DNA of 64,000 bases, taken from Nitrospira sp. Lineage in GTDB: Bacteria; Nitrospirota; Nitrospiria; Nitrospirales; Nitrospiraceae. Shown piece by piece: positions 27,982 to 37,503 of this stretch (position 1 is the first letter of the stretch; the number at the start of each line of letters is the position of its first letter). The translations under genes were made by a program, and so were the position numbers. Under the pieces are notes generated by a model that made no database searches, was not told where the DNA came from, and worked only from the letters and a program-made list of their open reading frames with translations. The stretch lies in contig AP038806.1 of the NCBI GenBank assembly GCA_047150005.1, forward strand, positions 2,368,001-2,432,000, in the 5' to 3' direction.

Positions 27982-28785
27982 TTGACACAGTCACTCGTTG
28001 CTCTTCGGGCACCGTGCGTGGCTGCGGTCGCGACCGAGGACGCTGTGTGGTGCGCCTCAGGCGGCCGGCTCCTTGCATTCGAGGCCAACGGTGCGCCCAG
28101 GCTTGATCTGCCGTTTCCTGGCGTGCACAGTCTTGGTGCGTCCGGATCCCGACTCGCGGCGATCCTCGACGACGGCCTGATCGTCTGGCTGGATCTGCGC
28201 AGCGGACGCGAAGTGGGCCGACTTCCCATCGGCCGAACGGCGGTGCTCGTGTCGGGTGGTGGGGCGATGTGGGCGATCGACGAGGCAAGCGGCGAGGGCA
28301 TGCGTCTCGGCGAGCCGGGACGGTTGATTGCACGCGTGCCGATGCCTGGACTCGATTGCGCAGCGGCCGATGGCGAGCGCGTGTGGTGGTTGTCGCGTCT
28401 CGATACAAAGCTGCGCGACGGCACGCGCGAAGTCGACCTGGGTATCAGGCCGGGCGAGCGCGGCGGGTTCACCGTGTGCGCGAACTCAGCGTGGCTCAGT
28501 GTGGAACGTGGACTGGTTCGCGTCGGCACGTGGAGTGCGATGAAGGGACCGCTGGTGCCCGCTTCAGTCGGCCAGCTTCCGTTCCTGACCTGCGGTGGCG
28601 GCGTGCTGGTCGGCGCATCCAATACGGATGTCGTCGTTTTGGATCCAAGCGCCGACGCGGATGTGCGGCGGCTGGACATCAATCCTGACGGCGATGTGGG
28701 AATGCTCGTGGCGACACGAACGATGGCATGGGTATTTTCGAGGCAGCATTCGAAGGCGTGGCTCGTGCGCTTCCGTGTCGGGTGA
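27982..28785 (+). CDS. Hypothetical beta-propeller-like protein
   Basis: Repeated short beta strands with W (AVWC, AMWAID, RVWW, SAWLS, MAWVF). Fills the gap between two co-oriented genes; TTG start uncertain. Confidence 0.6.
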   Translation: MTQSLVALRAPCVAAVATEDAVWCASGGRLLAFEANGAPRLDLPFPGVHSLGASGSRLAAILDDGLIVWLDLRSGREVGRLPIGRTAVLVSGGGAMWAIDEASGEGMRLGEPGRLIARVPMPGLDCAAADGERVWWLSRLDTKLRDGTREVDLGIRPGERGGFTVCANSAWLSVERGLVRVGTWSAMKGPLVPASVGQLPFLTCGGGVLVGASNTDVVVLDPSADADVRRLDINPDGDVGMLVATRTMAWVFSRQHSKAWLVRFRVG

Positions 28786-28813
28786 CACCGACGAACATGC
28801 GAAAGGTGTAGCG

Positions 28814-31096
28814 ATGCCGACCAACTTCGATCTGGCTCCGCGTGGGAAAATGATTGATGGCCTTGCCGCCGTCCCGATCGACATTCAACACATCACCGCA
28901 TCGTTGACCTTCGACGGCGCGACGACCTCCGGCACCGGAGACACCACGATCGATTTTATCGTCGGTCCCGGCGGCGGCTGCCCGATTTTCGATTTGCGGC
29001 AGACGATCACGGCAGTGTGGCTCGACGGCGGGTCGCTGGCTGTGGCGGACGTTGCGTTGCACGACTTCGGCGGAGGCCCCGGAGCGGAGCTGCGCGTCGT
29101 CAACAGCGTCCTCGCCGCCAATTCCTCACACACGCTGCGTGTGACCTACACGTTGGGCACTCCGCAAGCGTCGACGGCTGGCATTTATCAGCCTGTGATG
29201 ATGTGGAGCGCGGGACCGCGTCTGGTCTTCAACTTCGGCTTCACTGACTTGGGACCAGGACGGTACCTCGAAGCGTGGATTCCTGCGAATCTGATTTTCG
29301 ACCAATTCGACATCACGATCGATGTGCAGGTGATGAACACCGCGATCGTACACACACCCATCACCAACGGCGCAGTGACGGTACTCGGCACGAATCATTG
29401 GTCGATTGCCTTTCCTGCGCGGTTCACGGCCCTCTCGCCGCTCCTCGAGGTGCGCGCCGGCGACACGGTGGCCTCGCAAAGCGGCAGTGTCGTGCTGCCT
29501 AGCTCGGGCGCGACGATCACGATCGAAACCTGGACCTTGACAAGTAACCCAACGGACCTGGCAGCGCGAATCACTGAAGTCGCCGGATTCCTCACCGCCA
29601 ACGAAGCGTCAACCGGCGCCTACGTGCATGGGAACCGGTTCGTCGCGTTTTTCAATATCGGCGGCATGGAGTACGAGGGTGCCACCACAACCTCGGAGGG
29701 CTCGCTGCGTCACGAGACCTTTCATAGCTGGGGGGGACGCGGCGTGAAGCCGGCCGGGCAGGCCGACGGGTGGTGGGACGAGGCGTGGACCGTCTACAAC
29801 GACAACGGGGGGAGTGGATCGATGCCGTTCAACTTCACCAACCCACCAGTGGAGCTGAGCGCACGCAATCCGTGGACGCGGCTGACACCTAGCGCCTCGT
29901 ACTCGAGCGGGCAACGTGTCTTCCAGGGCGCTGCGGCCCTTATGAGCGCTGCAAGCTTGCGTACGCACATGAACGACTTCTATACGACGCGGCGTGCTCG
30001 GCCGGCGACGACGCCCGATCTTGAAGCTCTCCTCGTCGCGCGATCCGGCCAGGCGACACTCGTCGATGCCTTTCATCGCTTCGTCTACGGCTTTGCCGAT
30101 CCAAATCCGGCTCCGGATCTGTGGATCAAGGATGACCCAGGCCATGCGGGCAGTGACTTTTGGGCCGGAACGTTCTGGAATTCGCCCGACCTCTGGATTC
30201 GCAACGCCGACGATGGCGGGACTGCGCATCAAGCGCCGGAGTTCGGACAGGACAACTGGTTCCATGCGCGTGTGCGGAACCGCAGCACAACGGGCAGCGC
30301 GCGCCATTTCGTCGTGAGCTTCAACGTGCTGCCGTGGGCTGGTACGGAATTCGTCTATCCAAACGATTTCCTGCCGTGCACCGCTGCGGTCGCCGATTTC
30401 GAGCTCGGGCCAGGCGAGACACGGGTCGTGAAGGCACGGTGGCCACGAGCGCTCGTGCCGCCGGCCGGCACACACGTCTGCTGGCTCGCGGCCGCCCTAA
30501 GCCGCGGTGATCACCCGACCGCCCGCGACCACGTGTGGGAGCACAACAATCTCGCGCAGAAGAATCTGACCGTGGTCGATGTCATCCCCGGCCGTTGGTG
30601 GATCCTGCCCTTCCTGCTTGATCGCGTGCTGCTGTGGCGGAAGCATGATGTGACGCTGAGTCTGAGACGGCCGCCGAAGTGGGAGGGCCTTGAGGCGCTG
30701 GTGCTGCATGACACGGACCTGTTCGCACGTGGGGCGCGCCCGGCAGGTGATCTGCTCGGTTTCAAGCGCGCACACATGCGGGAGCCGAGCGCGAGACTCG
30801 ATTGTGGCGGCACCCTCGAGAGATCGCCTCTCATCGCCGACGAGCTTGTGCGGGGTATTGGCGCGGCGTTCACCAAAGGTCGCACGGCAAAGCTTTCGAT
30901 GACGCTGCCCGGACGTGGACCGCTGGTGATGGGCCTCGCCATCCGCATGCCGGCGCGTGCGAAGCCAGGCGAAACTGTGGCACTCGACCTGCTCCAGTAC
31001 GACAAGCGGCGGATGCGAGTCATCGGCGGACTCGCGATTCACCTTCGTGCGCGCAGAAAGGGGGTGGAAAATAAGGAGTCGGAAGTCGGTTTCTGA
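28814..31096 (+). CDS. M1-family (gluzincin) aminopeptidase-like protein with C-terminal beta domain
   Basis: GGMEY exopeptidase motif, HETFH, downstream Glu in WWDEA; C-terminal NSPDLWIRN…NNLAQKNL domain. Confidence 0.8.
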   Translation: MPTNFDLAPRGKMIDGLAAVPIDIQHITASLTFDGATTSGTGDTTIDFIVGPGGGCPIFDLRQTITAVWLDGGSLAVADVALHDFGGGPGAELRVVNSVLAANSSHTLRVTYTLGTPQASTAGIYQPVMMWSAGPRLVFNFGFTDLGPGRYLEAWIPANLIFDQFDITIDVQVMNTAIVHTPITNGAVTVLGTNHWSIAFPARFTALSPLLEVRAGDTVASQSGSVVLPSSGATITIETWTLTSNPTDLAARITEVAGFLTANEASTGAYVHGNRFVAFFNIGGMEYEGATTTSEGSLRHETFHSWGGRGVKPAGQADGWWDEAWTVYNDNGGSGSMPFNFTNPPVELSARNPWTRLTPSASYSSGQRVFQGAAALMSAASLRTHMNDFYTTRRARPATTPDLEALLVARSGQATLVDAFHRFVYGFADPNPAPDLWIKDDPGHAGSDFWAGTFWNSPDLWIRNADDGGTAHQAPEFGQDNWFHARVRNRSTTGSARHFVVSFNVLPWAGTEFVYPNDFLPCTAAVADFELGPGETRVVKARWPRALVPPAGTHVCWLAAALSRGDHPTARDHVWEHNNLAQKNLTVVDVIPGRWWILPFLLDRVLLWRKHDVTLSLRRPPKWEGLEALVLHDTDLFARGARPAGDLLGFKRAHMREPSARLDCGGTLERSPLIADELVRGIGAAFTKGRTAKLSMTLPGRGPLVMGLAIRMPARAKPGETVALDLLQYDKRRMRVIGGLAIHLRARRKGVENKESEVGF

Positions 31097-31139
31097 ACGA
31101 CGAGGATGCCCGGTGCCCCCTCACGGCCAAACCCGGAAC

Positions 31140-31550
31140 TTAACCCTCCGCGAATTCGCCGATATCCATTCGCACTTCATCCAATGCCGAAAGGATGGGG
31201 CCGGGTTTTGCCGCATAGGCCGCAGCCGCAAGAACCAACAGGTCGGCCACAAGGTCGACAAAAGCGGCGATCGTTTCGATTGTCTTGATCTGCGACGTGG
31301 CTTTATTGATGACCTTAATGAGGTCTGCTTGCGTCAGTTCTAAATCACTGACGGTGAGCTTCACCGCTTCCAGATACAGGGCATTGGCTTTGACACGCAA
31401 AGAGGTCTCGTCTCGGAACAGCGAGTATGCCTGAAACTGTTTGAGTTTCTGTCCTTCAATTTCTTTGATAATCCGGTCATGGATCGCATCAGCGGATCCG
31501 ACTAAGGCATCGGCCAGAGCCTCAACCTCCCTTTTCTTGGATAGTGCCAT
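31140..31550 (-). CDS. Small helical hypothetical protein
   Basis: RBS GGAGG; amphipathic helices with a hydrophobic C-terminal segment. Confidence 0.7.
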   Translation of the reverse strand: MALSKKREVEALADALVGSADAIHDRIIKEIEGQKLKQFQAYSLFRDETSLRVKANALYLEAVKLTVSDLELTQADLIKVINKATSQIKTIETIAAFVDLVADLLVLAAAAYAAKPGPILSALDEVRMDIGEFAEG

Positions 31551-31582
31551 ACGTCAACCTCCATGAGATTCAGGATCGCAGG

Positions 31583-32416
31583 TCAATTGTGAAGAGACTG
31601 AATGTGTCTTCCCAGAACTCGAATGTCGTTCGAGGTGCCCTGGAGTAAGGTTTTCACGTCGGAGGCGCTGATGTTGTTCACATTATCGACCAGCGCCCTG
31701 TGGCCCTGCATAATCTTCGTAATTCCACGTTCCGCATCATCGTACTTGGATTCGACCAGACGATATTCCGCGGTCTTGGATTGAACATGCGTTTTCGCCA
31801 AAGCCGCCAATAGCGCATCTTGCGGACTATTCCGGAACGGAATTTCTACTTCAAAGAAGCCGAGAACGATGCCCTTCTCTTGTGCATTGGTCTTTCTATA
31901 CAGGCGAACAAGATCCCCCATGCCTCCCAAGAGCACCTGGATTTTCGGATCCCCTTCCCGAACCATCTCGCGCACGGCGCTCTGTTGGTACCCTGATGTG
32001 ATCCATTTCGATATGGTGTTGCCTATCGATGCATACGACTCGACATGCTTGGGCTCGATGCCAAAAGCAGGATGTTGCTTGAGGGTATCGCCGACGGTCG
32101 CCACTTCATGTGACAGGTCAAAGGTCTCATCACCGGCCAGCTTCGCCAGTGTCTGGAAATACAGAGAGACACGCTCGTGAATCTTGAGCAGCTCAGGGTA
32201 GACTTCCTTGCGACCTTTGTCCGTGGCCTCTTCCTGCGCGAGGAGGTCGCCTGTGAGATAGGGACGCTCGCGGTCGGTTGTATCGCGAAACCTTGTCGTG
32301 AGGTCGGTATAGGTGGAGAATTTTGCGGACTCTGTCGCGAAGTCGCGTACTTCTTTCAGATTCGCACAGGCGCTGAGAACGCCTGCGATCAGCAGGATGG
32401 GGATGAGACGCTTCAT
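31583..32416 (-). CDS. Helical lipoprotein
   Basis: MKRLIPILLIAGVLSA-C lipobox; RBS AAGGAG. Confidence 0.75.
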   Translation of the reverse strand: MKRLIPILLIAGVLSACANLKEVRDFATESAKFSTYTDLTTRFRDTTDRERPYLTGDLLAQEEATDKGRKEVYPELLKIHERVSLYFQTLAKLAGDETFDLSHEVATVGDTLKQHPAFGIEPKHVESYASIGNTISKWITSGYQQSAVREMVREGDPKIQVLLGGMGDLVRLYRKTNAQEKGIVLGFFEVEIPFRNSPQDALLAALAKTHVQSKTAEYRLVESKYDDAERGITKIMQGHRALVDNVNNISASDVKTLLQGTSNDIRVLGRHIQSLHN

Positions 32417-32475
32417 GTGGACTCCTTCCTTTTCTCCATCCACGGTCACATTCACGCCGGACCAGGCGAGGAGAT

Positions 32476-34020
32476 TCACGTTGCAAGCCCAACCTTTCTG
32501 AGGAACTCATTGGTAAAGACTTGTCTCACCTCCGGAGTCAGCAATTGTTCGCGGCTTTGTATCCACTTATCGAGGTTCGTTCCATACATGTTCTGCAAAC
32601 GTGGTTTTGTCAGAAACTCATTGAACTTGCCCCAGTGCATCGTAAACGGGATGCCGTCTTGCTCAAGCTTGTTCCACACCTGTCTCGCGTAGTCCCACAT
32701 CCTCGGGGTGTTGAGTCCGTCGACTTCGAGCACGCAGGTCGGATCAAATTTGGTAAATCCAATGAGCGCTTGCGTTCCTTTCACAAAACGCATGGTATAG
32801 GTCATCGGGAGAATGGTCCCGAAATCTTTGTAGATATTGAACAGCACAGAAAGGGCATCGAGCGCCCTTGACAATGGAAGCCCCAAACCAGACACGAAAA
32901 CCTTGCCTTTCACTATCTCGCCGCGGAAGAGATCGAGAAAGGTTCCTTTGACTTCATAGGGATCGAGGAAACTTCTCACCTGTGGATTCAGAACAGACTT
33001 CACGAACGGTTGGAGAGGATTGGGAATGGCGCCAAGGAGTGCCCCCATGACCTCCAGGCCTGACGCCCCGGGGCCCGGCTTATCGGCACCCCAGCTGGGC
33101 GGCTGATACGCGTCTGTATAAGGTTCTTCGAACATCAACGTGATGGATACCTCGTTCGGTGGAGTGCCTTCGTTCGGCAAAAAATGCACTTGGAAGTGAT
33201 AGAGCTGGGAGGCCGGCTTATTGTGCAAATCCTCAAACGGCCGGAGTTCGGAGAAGTCCAGGGAAGAAATAGCCTTCTTGAGTGGTTCGTCAAATGCATG
33301 CCATGAACGGAAGGCATGCAGAAGGAAACGCTCCCTCGCCTCGATCATTAATCCATGGATGATCCCAAAAGAGCCGAAGCTGACCAAGGCCGCGTTGAAC
33401 AACGTGTCGTCATTCTTCAGTTCTGCACCCAGCGCTGCAGCAAAGCTGGGCTCCACCACGGGATAGGATGCGCGCTGCAAATACACATGCTTGGAAGGTC
33501 CCGTAATGAGGTGTATGCCCACGACAAAGTCCTGCGTGGCTCCGAACTTGAACGCGGATCCGTGTGTGCCGGTGGACATGACGCCGGGCAATGTTTGCCC
33601 GTTGTTCGATCCCGAGGCTTTGAGAGACAACCCCTGGTCGAAGAGATAGCGATTGACCTGAGCGATCTCGTTGCCGGTTTCCACGAACCGCAGCTTGGTG
33701 GGATCACCCGCATAGGCCGGGGAGAGATGCCGGTCGGCCAGCGTGAATGCCAGGCTCAGATTCTTGGTGTTGATGAGCCTGTGCTCCGTCACTCCGACCT
33801 TGCTCAAGGACCAGGAACTGCCCATGGCGCGCAACGACTTTCCGGTCTGAATGGCCTCGGCGATCATGTCTTGAAGTTCTTTGGTGACTCCGTTGTATAT
33901 CTCCAATTCGTCACCATCCGGCGATTGGGAGAAATTGTAATATCCTTCAATGGTCTGTTCATACGACTGGTGACGGTTGACCCAAGAACCCTTTTGGAGA
34001 AAATTCGCTCTCTTCGCCAT
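32476..34020 (-). CDS. FAD-binding oxidoreductase (aldonolactone oxidase / ALO-like)
   Basis: RAMGSSWSLS, QTLPGVMSTGTHGS, SFGSFGII, C-terminal MHWGK. Confidence 0.85.
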   Translation of the reverse strand: MAKRANFLQKGSWVNRHQSYEQTIEGYYNFSQSPDGDELEIYNGVTKELQDMIAEAIQTGKSLRAMGSSWSLSKVGVTEHRLINTKNLSLAFTLADRHLSPAYAGDPTKLRFVETGNEIAQVNRYLFDQGLSLKASGSNNGQTLPGVMSTGTHGSAFKFGATQDFVVGIHLITGPSKHVYLQRASYPVVEPSFAAALGAELKNDDTLFNAALVSFGSFGIIHGLMIEARERFLLHAFRSWHAFDEPLKKAISSLDFSELRPFEDLHNKPASQLYHFQVHFLPNEGTPPNEVSITLMFEEPYTDAYQPPSWGADKPGPGASGLEVMGALLGAIPNPLQPFVKSVLNPQVRSFLDPYEVKGTFLDLFRGEIVKGKVFVSGLGLPLSRALDALSVLFNIYKDFGTILPMTYTMRFVKGTQALIGFTKFDPTCVLEVDGLNTPRMWDYARQVWNKLEQDGIPFTMHWGKFNEFLTKPRLQNMYGTNLDKWIQSREQLLTPEVRQVFTNEFLRKVGLAT

Positions 34021-34065
34021 GACCTTCTCCTTATGATTAGGAGGTGTGTGGAGTCCGGATCTTCC

Positions 34066-34419
34066 TTATCGGATAACACCCGGACGGGGGCGTTCCGACG
34101 CGCAGCGAAAGTTCACCTCGATCGGCATCCAGATTCCAAAGGTGAACACGCTGGCCAGGTCATGGAGATAGTTGCGTTTGATGACCACATCGTTGATAGT
34201 TTCTCGCCCACAATCGGCCTCCAAGACTTGTGGGTCATACCACTTCCCCCAGGCCAACGCATAGACGGTCCTGCCTTTGTAATTGATGTCACTTGGGTGG
34301 GAATCAGGGACTGTGACGTGATAGTCGGCGCAGCCTTGGACAGAAGCCAAGCCAGCCACAAGAAGGAGAACAGGACACACCTGCCTCAGAAATCCAATGG
34401 CGGAGCTGCGGTTCTTCAT
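34066..34419 (-). CDS. Bor/Iss-like small lipoprotein
   Basis: Lipobox VQG-C; ALAWG, Cys pair and TFGIWMPIEV..RC ending typical of the Bor family. Confidence 0.7.
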   Translation of the reverse strand: MKNRSSAIGFLRQVCPVLLLVAGLASVQGCADYHVTVPDSHPSDINYKGRTVYALAWGKWYDPQVLEADCGRETINDVVIKRNYLHDLASVFTFGIWMPIEVNFRCASERPRPGVIR

Positions 34420-34949
34420 CGTCTGTCCTCCGGCTAAATTGTTGTGGATAGGGCGGTGGCACTCTCCCTTACGACAAAAGGAATAGAAAATCTGCCCTAC
34501 GAAGGAATGAAGTGAAGAAGGACTAGGGAAACCTCTAGTCCACGGCTCCATCCGGAAGAGACTCCATCTCGGAGTCGAAAGTCTTCATAAGTAAGAATAA
34601 GTACGGCTGAAATAAATAGTGGAATTATTTGTGTCACACGTACATCCAGCCCTATGGTCCGGTTTATTCGGCAACAGAGTGCGAGTTGACTGGATGGCGA
34701 GAGATCGGCCCCTCACATGTGGAAGTCCGGAGTGTCATCGATAGCCGATAGCCGCGGGTGGATCATTTTGGCCTACTCTATTGAACCGATATTGATCCAC
34801 GCACATTGATCCACGACACCTACCTTGAAGATCTCTTTGGAGCCCGATTATCGAGAAAGTATTTGGTAATTCGAGCCCATGCATACAGGAAACGCTTCCG
34901 CAAATCTCATGAATCCGGATGGTACGCAATCTGCTTCCACAGTCGGACG

Positions 34950-35771
34950 ATGGAACGCCAATTTGATCCTGGTTATGGCCAGGAGCCCTTCAAGAGTCTC
35001 TGCGAACACTATCCGGCTGACGCCGTGTATCCCGCTGATGACTTTCGTCTGGAGTGGGGTCCTATCTTTCATCGGGGCAGGCTGGATGGATCCGCTCGGG
35101 TCCTGCTGATTGGACAGGACCCGGCGCAGAATGAAACGATCGTTCGTCGAATTCTTGTCGGTGAAGCGGGACAGCGCATTCAAGGATTTGTGGCAAAATT
35201 GGGAATCGATAGAAGCTATGTCATGATCAACACCTTCTTGTACAGCGTCTATGGAAGTGTCAGTGCAAAGAACAGGAAAACGCCGGCGCTCATTGAGTAT
35301 CGACATCGGTGGCTGAACGCGCTGATTGTCGGGCAGCAGATCGAAGCGGTGGTTGCTCTTGGCACCTTGGCGGATGAGGCCTGGAAGATATGGGCTGCCA
35401 CACCCGAGGGGCAAGGCGTCACGATGACCTACGTGCCCATCACCCATCCAACCCAGCCGGAGAGTTCATCGAAAGGTGATAAAGAGAAGTTGCGCACAGC
35501 GACCAAGACGATGCTGAAGAAATGGAACGAAGCCCTGCAAACCCTCCATCCGGCCATCACGCATCCGGACAGCGTGAAACCGCTCCAACTCTATGCTGAG
35601 ACGTGGCAGCCGGGGGACAAAGTCATGATTCCAGAAAGCGATTTTCCGCCAGGCCTTCCTTCGTGGATGCGGGAGCAAGATAACTGGGCCAGACGTGTGG
35701 GGGCGGATGTGAACGCCAAACGGCGCAACATCACAATAACGGTGCCGAAGGGAATCGTACCGAAGTTATGA
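34950..35771 (+). CDS. Uracil-DNA glycosylase superfamily protein
   Basis: VLLIGQDP, LVGEAGQR, YVMIN, VVALG, ITHP. Start uncertain. Confidence 0.8.
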   Translation: MERQFDPGYGQEPFKSLCEHYPADAVYPADDFRLEWGPIFHRGRLDGSARVLLIGQDPAQNETIVRRILVGEAGQRIQGFVAKLGIDRSYVMINTFLYSVYGSVSAKNRKTPALIEYRHRWLNALIVGQQIEAVVALGTLADEAWKIWAATPEGQGVTMTYVPITHPTQPESSSKGDKEKLRTATKTMLKKWNEALQTLHPAITHPDSVKPLQLYAETWQPGDKVMIPESDFPPGLPSWMREQDNWARRVGADVNAKRRNITITVPKGIVPKL

Positions 35772-35795
35772 GCCGTCCAGACGAAGGAGGCATCT

Positions 35796-37472
35796 ATGCC
35801 GAGCGGTCGGCCACGGACGGGTCGTGGTGAGCCTATCGACCCGTTGACGGGTCCCAAGCTCGCGTTGAGTGGCCGCCTCGTGCTGATGGATGACGCGTTC
35901 CGGGTGATTCCCCACGGAACGGTCTATATCGATCGAGGCACTATTGTCGCAGTGACTGAATCGGGGGCGCCTCGTCCGGCCGGATTTGAGACCGTGACCG
36001 TTGTGGACGTCGGCGGGACGATCTTTCCGGGCCTGATCGAACTGCACAATCACCTCGCGTACAATGCTCTCCGACTGTGGCAAGTGCCCAAGAAATACAG
36101 TAATCGCGATCAGTGGTCGGGTACACCCCTTTATCGAAAGCTGATCAGCGGACCGATGAAGATCATCGGAACAACTCCGGAACTGGTGCCGGCATTAATT
36201 CGCTATGTGGAATGCAAAAGTTTGCTCGGCGGCGTGACGACAAGCCAGGGGATTCAATTGTTCAGTCATGCCGGGATTCGGCGCTACTACCGCGGCATCG
36301 TGCGGAACGTCGAACAGACGAACGAACACGCATTGCCGAATGCTGATACCCGCGTGGATGACGTTGATGCCAAAGACGCGAAGCGGTTCTTGAGGCGACT
36401 TGAGAAAGCGACGTGCTTTCTCCTGCATCTCAGCGAGGGGATAGACGAGCGTGCTCGAAAGCATTTTCTTGCCTTGCAGATTGCGGACGATCAATGGGCG
36501 ATCGGAACGCAACTCGCTGGAATCCACTGTGCCGGATTGTTAGCGGAGGATTTCAACGTCTTGGGAAGCGGGCAAGGGGCGATGGTGTGGTCGCCCTTGA
36601 GTAACCTGCTCTTGTACGGTCAAACAGCCGATGTCAAAGCTGCCAAGAAGGCCGGAGTACGGTTCGGAATTGGTTCAGACTGGGCACCCTCGGGGAGCAA
36701 GAATCTCTTGGGAGAACTCAAGGTTGCCCGGTTGGTCAGCCAAGAGATGGACAACGTGTTCAGCGATCGAGACATTGTTGCTATGGCGACTCGCCAGGCC
36801 GCTTCGATCTTACAGTGGGATCAGGTTCTTGGATCACTGGAACCTGGCAAACGCGGCGATCTTATTGTGATCGCCAAGGAGTCAGGCGACCCGTATGAGC
36901 ATCTCTTGGAGGCAATGGAGACCTCGGTTCGGCTCGTGATGATCAACGGCGTGGCGCGGTACGGCCTGCCCAGCCTCATGCAGCGGCTAAGCGCCGCTGG
37001 TGAAAGCATTCGAGTCGGCAGGAGTAAGAGGACGGTGTTCCTGCAGCAGGACACCGCCGATCCGACCGTCACGGCTCTGACGCTAAACGATGCGACCAAA
37101 ATGCTGCAAGAAGCACTACACGAATTGCCGGAGTTGGCCGCCGAATTGGAAGGGTCCCCCGCCCGTCCTCGGGCGAGATTGTCCGCCATCGTCAGGGGAA
37201 TGTCGGAGGCTCAAGAGTGGACGCTCGCACTGGATGAGCTTGATGATTCAGGTGTTGATCTTCGTCCTCGGCTACCGATGCGCGGCGAGAGGGAATTGAC
37301 AGGGGCCGTTCGAGGATTGGATCGCGCGGCCGTGCCGCTGTCACAAGTCGTCGAGCCGCTCGTCTTGGATCCGCTGACGGTCGCTGACGATCCCGCGTTC
37401 CTGAAAAGTATTGAGGCACAACCGAACCTTCCGGACTATGTCAAGGCCGGTCTGAAACGCGCGTACGGATAG
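35796..37472 (+). CDS. Amidohydrolase-superfamily (deaminase-like) protein
   Basis: PGLIELHNH, LHLSEG, GIHC, WSPLSN, GSDW, GSLEPGKRGDL; RBS AAGGAGG. Confidence 0.85.
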   Translation: MPSGRPRTGRGEPIDPLTGPKLALSGRLVLMDDAFRVIPHGTVYIDRGTIVAVTESGAPRPAGFETVTVVDVGGTIFPGLIELHNHLAYNALRLWQVPKKYSNRDQWSGTPLYRKLISGPMKIIGTTPELVPALIRYVECKSLLGGVTTSQGIQLFSHAGIRRYYRGIVRNVEQTNEHALPNADTRVDDVDAKDAKRFLRRLEKATCFLLHLSEGIDERARKHFLALQIADDQWAIGTQLAGIHCAGLLAEDFNVLGSGQGAMVWSPLSNLLLYGQTADVKAAKKAGVRFGIGSDWAPSGSKNLLGELKVARLVSQEMDNVFSDRDIVAMATRQAASILQWDQVLGSLEPGKRGDLIVIAKESGDPYEHLLEAMETSVRLVMINGVARYGLPSLMQRLSAAGESIRVGRSKRTVFLQQDTADPTVTALTLNDATKMLQEALHELPELAAELEGSPARPRARLSAIVRGMSEAQEWTLALDELDDSGVDLRPRLPMRGERELTGAVRGLDRAAVPLSQVVEPLVLDPLTVADDPAFLKSIEAQPNLPDYVKAGLKRAYG

Positions 37473-37503
37473 GATTATCTCTTTGTATAGACAGGAGGAT
37501 ACC

